DNA from: Bacillales bacterium UBA4951
Lineage (GTDB): Bacteria; Bacillota_I; Bacilli_A; RFN20; CAG-826
NCBI GenBank assembly: GCA_002397465.1
Contig: DHAP01000002.1
Location: 1,509-65,508, forward strand
Reading direction: 5' to 3'
Length of the DNA stretch: 64,000 bases
The notes under the pieces were generated by a model. That model was given only the letters and a program-made list of their open reading frames with translations, ran no database searches and was not told the DNA's origin. The translations under genes and the position numbers were made by a program. This document shows, in pieces, positions 51,527 through 59,445 of the stretch; within the stretch, counting starts at the first letter, position 1; the number at the start of each line of letters is the position of its first letter.

Positions 51527-52750
51527 TCAGTTCGAGGGGTTTTGCCAAAATAGATTATTTTCATTGTAAGATAGCGAACCGACTTTTTCGATGATAAACC
51601 CTCCGAGTTCGAAGTTTGGAAGATCATATAAATCCTTTTTGAAGCCCAGTTTGAGGCGATGGCCATTCTCTCGTGCATTGATAACGCCAGCGAGGCGATC
51701 AAGGGTTTTAAGATGAAAGACATTGGGAACTTTATCAAACCGGGGACAGTAGTAATGCGAGTTCATGCATTCTTGCGAACAACCTTCATAGTCAGCGTTT
51801 AGATAGGCTTTTAGACATTGCGGGTTTCTTCTTAACATTGTTTTAATCTTCCTTACATCGTTATCATCATCTAGTCCTTCAAGAGCTTTAATCAATGTTT
51901 CCTGATAGTTATTGTCATTAAGTTCTTCGTCGCTTACGACAAGACCTAGACTCTTCTTAAGCGCGGCTTTGATGTGATATTTATCAGGGACATAGCGGGC
52001 TTTGCAGACGAGGATTTTATCAGGAGCGTGCTGAATATAACTAGCTAGGTCACCCGAGATATACACCTCGTCGTCTAACGATACTTTGTACTTATCTCTT
52101 AATACCAGATTTAGCCTTTTTAACAAGAGCGATAGATTAACATTTGCAAGCAAAGTCCGGCTTTGAAGCACTCTTTTTTCTCCGTAGTGGCGAACGCCCT
52201 TGAAGATGGTGCACGTAAAGAGTTTCTTTTTGTGCTTATTCTCTTTGACGTGAACGAACTTCTCGTCGAGCTGAACGTGAATCGCAGCCTCATTGCTGAA
52301 AAAGACATGATGGTCTTCGATGATGAATTCACTATTTCGAATCAGACGACAAACCGTCGATTTGGAAATGGGATAATCCTCGTTTGATCCATAGCGGCCG
52401 GCTTTGGCGTAGGACATCTCGGAGGCGGCTTCGATGAGCTTGATTTTGACATCGTACATTAGCTTGTTCCTTTTAGGAATAGCTAAGAAGGCATCGAGTA
52501 GGTACAAGTAGCGATGCTCTATCTCGTCATAGTAGTAGCGGCGGTTAAAAGAAAGCATTCCAATCGATGTGAGAATTGAACGCGGCTTTATCTTAACAAT
52601 TCTTAAATATTTTGGCCTTCGACTGGCGAGGCTTATATCAATTCTTTCAAGGACCTTAGCAAGCTCAGATAATCCGCTTATTTTGATATCTTTAATGTAA
52701 TCGACAACAAATTGTTCAAAGGAAGTGGTTGAGGAAGGTATAATGTCCAT
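51527..52750 (-). CDS. ISLre2-family (UPF0236-like) transposase
   Basis: 407 aa. Characteristic blocks KPRSILTSIGMLSFNRRYYYDE, YLLDAFLAIP, VQLDEKFVHV, ISGDLASYIQ and PDKYHIKAAL. Confidence 0.65.
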   Translation of the reverse strand: MDIIPSSTTSFEQFVVDYIKDIKISGLSELAKVLERIDISLASRRPKYLRIVKIKPRSILTSIGMLSFNRRYYYDEIEHRYLYLLDAFLAIPKRNKLMYDVKIKLIEAASEMSYAKAGRYGSNEDYPISKSTVCRLIRNSEFIIEDHHVFFSNEAAIHVQLDEKFVHVKENKHKKKLFTCTIFKGVRHYGEKRVLQSRTLLANVNLSLLLKRLNLVLRDKYKVSLDDEVYISGDLASYIQHAPDKILVCKARYVPDKYHIKAALKKSLGLVVSDEELNDNNYQETLIKALEGLDDDNDVRKIKTMLRRNPQCLKAYLNADYEGCSQECMNSHYYCPRFDKVPNVFHLKTLDRLAGVINARENGHRLKLGFKKDLYDLPNFELGGFIIEKVGSLSYNENNLFWQNPSN

Positions 52751-52917
52751 GGGAGTTCTCCGTATTCTGTCGGCAAAACAATTATAGCGAACTCCCTTTT
52801 TATATGGTTACCTACCTTTATGAAACGTAATCATACATTTGACAACATTTGCATTTAATCAAGGTACGGCTTATATTGGATTTATAGCAAAAAGAGTTGA
52901 AGAATGAATAGTGACTA

Positions 52918-54286
52918 ACTCATTGCAACAACTTAGGGGCGATGAAGTTTCAAAGAACAACTCCTGCTGCTTCTGATTAGGTATTTCTTGCTTTACCTAA
53001 TTAGTGATGGTTTAAGGCAGACATCCTTGCTGGGGACGGCCTTAATGCCGATGGCGTTCATAAAGGTAACGCCGAACCTCTCTACCGTAAGTTGGTAGGG
53101 AGTTTTATTTTTGTTGGACTTTCTAATGTAGGAATTGATGTGCGAAAACAGGCGATTGACTTTCTCCTGAGTCAAGAAATCTAAGCTCTTGCCCTTCATA
53201 ATTACGTAGCGAATGAATTCATGATTTCTCTCGCAGGCGGCTTTGTCCGTCGAGCGGTAAGGATTGGTGAAAAACATCCTGGTGATGACGGCTCCCAATT
53301 CGTTGATCTCCAACTCGTGGAAGCGAGCGAACTCGGGACCATTATCGCTTAAGTTAATTGGAAAGATCGCCTCGTATTCGCTTCCTAATATCTCTTGAAG
53401 TTTGCGTATCCTGGCCACGACCGACCGCGCGCTTCCCTTGCTGATCAGATAGCCGAATTGAAATCGTGTCGAAGGCAGCGTGATCGTCAAGATCGCTTTT
53501 CTATCATCGATCTTTCCTTCGACTGAATCGTATTGCCATGGATTGAGATCAGGATAGGCTTTAACATAGTTAAGATAATCGGAATGCGTTCTTCCCAGCA
53601 TTCGTTCGACATTGACGATCTTCTTTTTGGCATAGTCATACTTATGCTTGTAGCGGACGTATCGGGGTAGTTCATGAGCTCTGACACTCAGATAGCCTTT
53701 ATAGATGTATCTCCGTATCGTCCTTTCCGAGCAAAGCGACTGGAGCAAAGAACTCGCGACATAGAGATGGTGAAGGGATTGGCCCCTTTCTTTAATCCCG
53801 TGAATGAGCTCCTGATCGATCGCGGTTAAATCATTTGCATCAATCCGCTTAAAAACGCGCGGCTCAACCCTTTTCTTTTGCGATGAAGACTCGGCGTCGA
53901 CACAGTCATAATATCTTTTTAGATTGCTGCATATCGAAGCGTTCTCGCAGCCGTTGCACGTATATGGAAACCGTTTCCATCTACGGCAGCGAAAAGCATT
54001 AAAATCAGGGCATTCCCCGCGGACAAAAGGCGGCTTATTTAGACAAAGCTTTGAACAATGATAACACGTATGACGGCACGGCTTATAATAGCAGTTATTA
54101 ATAATTTCTCGATAGATGGTCGAACGAGACTTGCCTAGCAAACGAGAGCATTGCTGCAAAGAATAGCCCTTAGCGATTGCTGCTTGTAAATTGATACGAT
54201 CATCATGCATTAATCGTACTTTAGACATAAGATTCTCCTTTCTAGCAGCAGGAGACATCATTATAAATCAATTTGTTGCAACGACT
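52918..54286 (-). mobile_element. IS30-family insertion sequence (approximate ends)
   Basis: Terminal imperfect inverted repeats ACTCATTGCAACAA (52918-52931) and TTGTTGCAACGACT (54273-54286). An inner inverted 10-mer CTCCTGCTGC/GCAGCAGGAG. One transposase ORF fills the element. Confidence 0.55.
52993..54228 (-). CDS. IS30-family transposase
   Basis: N-terminal HTH (GYSLQQCSRLLGKSRSTIYREI) and a DDE integrase-core C-terminus (TLPSTRF...SDNGPEF...RNHEFIR). Start at ATG 54228 after AAGGAGA. Confidence 0.85.
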   Translation of the reverse strand: MSKVRLMHDDRINLQAAIAKGYSLQQCSRLLGKSRSTIYREIINNCYYKPCRHTCYHCSKLCLNKPPFVRGECPDFNAFRCRRWKRFPYTCNGCENASICSNLKRYYDCVDAESSSQKKRVEPRVFKRIDANDLTAIDQELIHGIKERGQSLHHLYVASSLLQSLCSERTIRRYIYKGYLSVRAHELPRYVRYKHKYDYAKKKIVNVERMLGRTHSDYLNYVKAYPDLNPWQYDSVEGKIDDRKAILTITLPSTRFQFGYLISKGSARSVVARIRKLQEILGSEYEAIFPINLSDNGPEFARFHELEINELGAVITRMFFTNPYRSTDKAACERNHEFIRYVIMKGKSLDFLTQEKVNRLFSHINSYIRKSNKNKTPYQLTVERFGVTFMNAIGIKAVPSKDVCLKPSLIR

Positions 54287-54535
54287 CTGGCATCTATCGA
54301 CAAAATTATCTTTCGGGTTGATGCAGGTCAGTGTTTTGTTGTCCGATAATCGTCGATAGGAAGGTCTTCCTTTAATATCAAAAACTACGGGTGTTATTTG
54401 AAGGGGTTTCTTTCTTAGATTATAGCCAACCTCGCCCTTGCTGACCAAACGAAGCTTCATCCTTTCGATAGCATGATAACCGACTTTGTAGTGGTTAACC
54501 TCGTAAGGCTTCCTTGGGTAATATTTCTTAGTCAT
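54242..54535 (-). CDS. small DUF4258-like (toxin-like) protein whose 3' end runs into the IS30 element
   Basis: 97 aa. GYHAIERMKLR resembles the HA.ERM..R motif of DUF4258 proteins. About the last 15 codons lie inside the IS30 inverted repeat. Confidence 0.3.
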   Translation of the reverse strand: MTKKYYPRKPYEVNHYKVGYHAIERMKLRLVSKGEVGYNLRKKPLQITPVVFDIKGRPSYRRLSDNKTLTCINPKDNFVDRCQSRCNKLIYNDVSCC

Positions 54536-54695
54536 GGTTTCCTCCTATTGCTCTACAGGCAAACAATAAAAGAAACGATACCCATAAAATAGAGAACATC
54601 CAACAAATCTTTTAGTAGACAATATTTACCATAAAATCAAATGAACATATAAACTTTTAAACAAATTAGGTAGACAAAAGGTATACTATTATTAT

Positions 54696-55508
54696 ATGGA
54701 CCCCGATTCCTCAGACAAATATCGAGTGAGGATTTCCCGTTACTGCTTCTTGATCCTGGTCAACGACTGTCAGGCTTTTGGCTGCGTGAACAGGAAGGGA
54801 GAAGCGAACCTTTGCGGATTCCTGAACCGCCTTATTCCGGTTCTGGTGGATCAAAGGGAGTCTAGGCAGGCTCTGATTCACGACAAGCTCTTGGAGACCG
54901 GGCTCATCAAAGAGGCGAAGAATCGCTATGAGAGTGCCGCCAATAATTATTTGGACACGATTTTCGACCGGGTTTATTTTGCCGACTACTTGTCGGGGCG
55001 CCTGACGGAGGCCATCTGGATCCGGCCCAATCAGCAAACCGGGCTTCTTTTCGAAACGATCGTGGGCTCCATCATCAAGAAAAGCCAAATAGACTTGAGC
55101 AAATACCTGAGGAGTTTGATCGTCGAATATTGCTCCGTTCCGCAGTTTCGCAGGGAACAGCTCTTTTTCAAGAAGGAAATCCATGTTATCGAATCGGCGA
55201 TAGAACACGGGAATTCTTTGATGATCAGCGAGAACAAAGCGAAAAAAGATGTCATACCCATCACGATGGCGGCCGAGTACACCTTCGATCAAAGGAATTA
55301 TCTTCTGGCTTTAGAAAATCGGGAAGATGGGAAAATCCTTTCCTTGCCGATTGAAAAATTCACTCCTTTGTTCGAAAGCGATCCCGCTGTCGTTCCGACC
55401 CAAAACCAACTCGATTTCGTCGAAGAACTGATTAATGATGGCGCCTTTTGGGAGAAAGAAGAGTTTGAAGGCAAGGAGGATGCAGCACGTGTTTTGGAAC
55501 AAAAATAG
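54696..55508 (+). CDS. hypothetical protein, 270 aa, possible WYL-like C-terminal region
   Basis: Long ORF with protein-like composition. The segment VIPITMAAEYTFDQRNYLLALENREDGKILSLPIEKF loosely follows the WYL-domain pattern. Confidence 0.55.
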   Translation: MDPDSSDKYRVRISRYCFLILVNDCQAFGCVNRKGEANLCGFLNRLIPVLVDQRESRQALIHDKLLETGLIKEAKNRYESAANNYLDTIFDRVYFADYLSGRLTEAIWIRPNQQTGLLFETIVGSIIKKSQIDLSKYLRSLIVEYCSVPQFRREQLFFKKEIHVIESAIEHGNSLMISENKAKKDVIPITMAAEYTFDQRNYLLALENREDGKILSLPIEKFTPLFESDPAVVPTQNQLDFVEELINDGAFWEKEEFEGKEDAARVLEQK

Positions 55509-55685
55509 AAAAAAAGAGAAACCTTTGTCAAAAGAAAATAAGCGAAAACGGGAATGGGCCATCAGGAATTACTATAAAAAGAAAAGGGGCAAGTAGAATT
55601 CTCGTTGCCCGGGATGGTGATGTTCGTAAAAAGTAAGGCCACTTAAAATGTTTTTTCAGTTTTTGAATTTTCTGTCTAGGAGGAA

Positions 55686-56171
55686 TTGATGGACCCAAAT
55701 TTCAAACCTTTCAGAATCGGCGGCATCGAAGCGCTTGAACGCTATCCTTGCGGGAAGGCCATCGGCGAGAAAGGGAGAGCCAAAGTCTATTATCTCTGCC
55801 GCTGCCTTTCGTGCGGGAAACAATTTGTTCTCACCGGCGACGAACTCAATAAGAAACCCAAATCCTGCGGTTGCCTCAACCATTCCGGATTGCCGAACGA
55901 GGCCGTTTCCGCTTTTCCGGTAGTTGAGCGTTTGGTTGAGCATCGCCATAGCCAGCCGAGGGAAAACCCCAACAAAAACTCCCTATCCAGTCAGGTGGGG
56001 GTCTATTTCGACAAGGAAAAGCGTTTTTGGCGGGCGCAGATCGCCTGACGAGGGGAGCAAATCTCGTTCGGGTCGTACTCAAGCGAGGCCGAGGCGGCTG
56101 CGGCTCGAAAGGGCGCGATGCTTCTTTTTGATGCGATGCTCGGAGAAAAACTGAAAAATACAGATAACTAA
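55686..56171 (+). pseudogene. Cys4 zinc-ribbon + AP2-domain DNA-binding protein gene with one in-frame TGA
   Basis: YLCRCLSCGK...KSCGC, then GVYFDKEKRFWRAQIA-TGA-RGEQISFGSYSSEAEAAAARKGA. The stop at 56046-56048 falls inside the AP2 domain. The frame continues to TAA 56169-56171. Confidence 0.6.
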
Positions 56172-56366
56172 TCGGCATTTTCAGCGCCAAAGAATGTCGC
56201 TTGTTGTTTTCAAGGACAAACTTGCAAATCGAACTTGTTTTTCGCATCAGGTCAAATGGGCGGGAGATACATTTGTGTTGTGTGCTATGCTGTCTTGGGA
56301 GTGGAAGCCGTTCCCAAAACAGGCAGAACCGACAAGGCATCCCAGCCAAAACCACGTCGGAATCCT

Positions 56367-56454
56367 GTCCGCATTCCGTCCGCACTTGGTTCGCATTTGG
56401 CCCCCGTGAAGGAATACAAAAGATTCACATTGCTTACATTTCCTTCATGCGGAC
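56367..56454. repeat. second GTCCGC/GCGGAC hexamer and nested-hairpin arm, homologous to 49025-49100
   Basis: GTCCGCATTCCGTCCGCAC (56367-56385) is identical to 49036-49054. The outer stem GTCCGCA/TGCGGAC (56378-56384 / 56448-56454) encloses GAAGGAA/TTCCTTC (56408-56414 / 56440-56446). Confidence 0.55.
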
Positions 56455-56536
56455 AAACAAGAAACGCGGCCATAGACGGGTGAAATATTCACAAATAGGA
56501 CAGAAGAAAGCAAATCCTGCAGTTAGCCCCGCAAGT

Positions 56537-56589
56537 CTTAGGATCTAATAGGGCAACCTGTGCAAGTTCAAGTCTTGTCGGGCCCACCA
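56537..56589. repeat. attR-type direct repeat (displaced 3' half of tRNA-Leu)
   Basis: Identical to 46895-46947. No tRNA 5' half lies upstream. Confidence 0.85.
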
Positions 56590-56602
56590 AAACGCAAAAA
56601 AA

Positions 56603-56634
56603 GTCCAATCGGAAACGGTCGGGCTTTTTGTTTT
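56603..56634 (+). terminator. probable original tRNA-Leu terminator
   Basis: GTCCAATCG...CGGTCGGGC hairpin with one mismatch, followed by TTTTTGTTTT. Confidence 0.5.
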
Positions 56635-57121
56635 GGTGCGCTGGCGAAGTGAAGTGAACCTCGAATTTTCATTAGTCCCTCCCGATTTGATAAAGCAATT
56701 TTGATTGGTTGAAACATTGGATGATGAAAGCGCAGCCGCCCATGATTCTATGACATTCTCTGATCGGGTGGTCTTAGTCGCTAAGATCGCGTCGCTTTGA
56801 GCGAGGTTCCTCTTCGAAAATAAAAGCTTCCCCCTCCATCAGGGAATCAATATTGACCTTGAGAATAGGAGGATTATATTGTCTCATTCGCTTTAAAAAT
56901 GTGACGAAAGCATAATATATTCGCTTGAAAAATGTGATGAGCGGATGATTCGTTTTTTCCTAAGAAGTCTTCACTACTACTGAACAAAAGGATTATGGGA
57001 CTTCATTTTAATTTCTCCGACTATAATCTCGGCTTAGATTTCCTGTGATTAATATTGATGTTTTTTTACATGATGTATTTTTAAGTTGTCTAAAATATTG
57101 TTTGAATTGGAGGGGGCTACA

Positions 57122-58576
57122 ATGAACAAGAAAAACATCCTATTCGCCTGCTTGGCAGTTAGCACGCTTGCCGCTTGCAGCAAGGGAACAAGCTACGACG
57201 GCGCCTCAGTTTTAAAAGATCTTGAAAGCGTCACCGCTTCTTTCCTTTTCGTCGATTCTTCAAGTGGCGTAAAAACCATCGCAAACGAGAAAGGCGACGT
57301 CCTCGCTGAAGGCAATTATAAACGCGTCTACCTTTCGCCTCGCGGGACCGTCATCAACGATGCGTCCGGCTCTTATCTATTGAGTGACGGAACACTCAAA
57401 AAACAATCAGACTCCTTCCGTAGCTGCGACTATGGCAGTTTTTACTTCTATAGCGAAGATGGCGGGACTACCTTCGGCGTGAAGAAATCCGACGGGACTT
57501 CATTAGTCGCCCCGTCTTATACCAAAATCAATTGGGCCAATGAGACCAACTACATCGCCACGGATTCCGAAGGATTGGTCTTCGGAAGCGTGACTAAGGA
57601 AATAAAAGTCAAAGACAGCTCGTTAAAATACTATCTTGACCTTGATAAAGGAACATTCATCGTCCAAAGCGGCTCCTCTTATTCTCTTTATTCAGGAGAC
57701 GGCACTTTGCTTACCGATCCTTTCCTTTCTTATAAAACCAGCGGTGGTCTTCTCTTGTTAACAAGAGATGAAGGGTCCAGCGTCTATGATGTCGCAAATA
57801 ACGCCACCCTTCTTTCTAGTGGTGATATTCCTTCTAGCGCGGCCATTCTTGGGTATGGCCCTTCTTGCTATGCAGTGTCTGATGCCGCACTGGCCAATCC
57901 GGTCGTCTACTCCTATTCAAACAAGCTTACTGAAAAAGGCGACTATTCCTATTCCTATCTTTCCTTGAATGGGGCAGTTCTCATGGTCAAAGAAGATGGG
58001 ACCCTCGAGACGATCAATATGGATGGCAAGAAAACCGCGATGCCGTCCGTCAAGAACCTTCTTGGAAGCGTGACTTTCGACACAAAAGGTAGTTCATTTG
58101 CCTATGAAGCCGATGATGGCAAGGCTTATCTCTATAACGTCGATCAGAACAAATTGTTCTCTTATGATTACGCTTCAATCTATTATGGCAACAACCTTGC
58201 CGCCGTTAATGGCATCGGTGGTTCATATATATACAAGAAGAGCAATGACACGAACACCTTTGGCTTAATCTCCGCTTCTGGAGAATATCTCTTTGAGAAG
58301 ACGCTTGATGATGGCCAGTGGATCAAAAGCCTTGGGAACGGGGCTCTCGTCGGCTCTTCTTCCGGAGGCGAAATCTATGGTCCTTGCTATGACAAGCCAA
58401 TTCAGACAATCTCCGGAGAGTTCAAGAATTTCGTCGACTGTGGCTATTTCGTTGGCTACGTTAATGGCGGCGAAAATTGCTATTTGTCGATGACGGGAAA
58501 CGTAATCGCCAAGGGGAAGGGCCAATTGGCGGACTTTTACGTATCCGACGGTTCTATCAAGACTATTTCGTTCTAA
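57122..58576 (+). CDS. lipoprotein of unknown function (beta-rich, repeat-like)
   Basis: Start at ATG 57122 after GGAGGGGG. Lipobox LAACS. 484 aa. Confidence 0.75.
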   Translation: MNKKNILFACLAVSTLAACSKGTSYDGASVLKDLESVTASFLFVDSSSGVKTIANEKGDVLAEGNYKRVYLSPRGTVINDASGSYLLSDGTLKKQSDSFRSCDYGSFYFYSEDGGTTFGVKKSDGTSLVAPSYTKINWANETNYIATDSEGLVFGSVTKEIKVKDSSLKYYLDLDKGTFIVQSGSSYSLYSGDGTLLTDPFLSYKTSGGLLLLTRDEGSSVYDVANNATLLSSGDIPSSAAILGYGPSCYAVSDAALANPVVYSYSNKLTEKGDYSYSYLSLNGAVLMVKEDGTLETINMDGKKTAMPSVKNLLGSVTFDTKGSSFAYEADDGKAYLYNVDQNKLFSYDYASIYYGNNLAAVNGIGGSYIYKKSNDTNTFGLISASGEYLFEKTLDDGQWIKSLGNGALVGSSSGGEIYGPCYDKPIQTISGEFKNFVDCGYFVGYVNGGENCYLSMTGNVIAKGKGQLADFYVSDGSIKTISF

Positions 58577-58637
58577 ATAGAAGCGTTTTGTCTAGGCAAC
58601 AGCCAACGGCAGATGACGCGATCCCATCATTGAAAGC

Positions 58638-58666
58638 AAGGTTCGGAGCACACTCCGAACCTTTTC
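58638..58666. terminator. intrinsic terminator between convergent lipoprotein genes
   Basis: GGTTCGGAG (58640-58648) pairs with CTCCGAACC (58653-58661), followed by TTTTC. Confidence 0.75.
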
Positions 58667-58675
58667 TATAGGCGT

Positions 58676-59332
58676 CTAGACAAGCGCCACAAGCGATAAA
58701 TCCTCATAGACAACTTCGCCTTGGCTCATGCTGATTGATGTTAAATCGGCGTTGGAGTCATAGGTCGAATAGAGGACCTGAAGTTTCTTGTCTTTTGATA
58801 ATGAGAACTGAAGGTCGGCGTTCCAGAACTCTTTGTTTTTCTTTTCCACCGACTTGATGGACGAAGAGGAAAAATCAAAGGCATTCACCAAGGAGCGGTG
58901 GGCCCCGCTTCCGTAAGAGTAGATGAAGTATAGCAAGGGCTTATCCTCAGTGCTGTCATAAGCGTAATGGGTGAGCCCATATCCACCGAAAGCACCGCCG
59001 AGTTGATAGGCTTTATTTTGATAGACGAGAAAGCTCTCGCCTTTGAGGTTTCCTATGGAATCAATGTTGAAACGAAAGCGGTAGAGCTCGCAGACGCCAT
59101 TTAAGCATGAGGGGGTGACATCATAGAGATAAGAAAGAACATCGGAGTTCTTGGCACTGATCACCGAGTATAGAGGACTTGCGTCCTTAAGATAGTCATC
59201 GATGAAGGCGGATTCTCCGACCGCGTCTTTATCTTCGGGAGCGAAGATATGGTAGTTCCCAGTGTCATTTCCGCACGAAGAAAGGGACGATAGCAAAAGA
59301 GGGATGACAATGAATAAAGACTTTCTTTTCAT
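58676..59332 (-). CDS. lipoprotein of unknown function
   Basis: 218 aa with signal peptide and lipobox LSSCG. Confidence 0.7.
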   Translation of the reverse strand: MKRKSLFIVIPLLLSSLSSCGNDTGNYHIFAPEDKDAVGESAFIDDYLKDASPLYSVISAKNSDVLSYLYDVTPSCLNGVCELYRFRFNIDSIGNLKGESFLVYQNKAYQLGGAFGGYGLTHYAYDSTEDKPLLYFIYSYGSGAHRSLVNAFDFSSSSIKSVEKKNKEFWNADLQFSLSKDKKLQVLYSTYDSNADLTSISMSQGEVVYEDLSLVALV

Positions 59333-59374
59333 CGTTTCAATTCTATCAATTCCAAGCAGTGTTTACTATCACAC

Positions 59375-59413
59375 GAAAATAGACCTACAAATCAATACAT
59401 GTCAGTAGGTCTA
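59375..59413 (-). terminator. intrinsic terminator after the MFS gene
   Basis: TAGACCTAC (59380-59388) pairs with GTAGGTCTA (59405-59413). On the minus strand the hairpin is followed by TTTT. Confidence 0.65.
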
Positions 59414-59445
59414 TGGCTCTTACAATCGTGAGTAGAACAGGATTA

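Larger units (their letters stand above)
46895..56589. mobile_element. integrase-less genomic island inserted in the 3' end of tRNA-Leu(UAG), composite
   Basis: 53-bp perfect direct repeats at both ends. The displaced tRNA 3' half keeps its own terminator at the far end. Cargo includes IS transposases, pseudogenes and orphan genes. Base composition is visibly patchy. Confidence 0.75.

Noticed and set aside
51527-54228. The IS30-like or ISLre2-like transposases, considered as the enzyme responsible for the tRNA-Leu integration.
   Set aside because: DDE transposases of these families do not generate 53-bp tRNA-derived att duplications. The IS30-like element has its own inverted repeats well inside the island.
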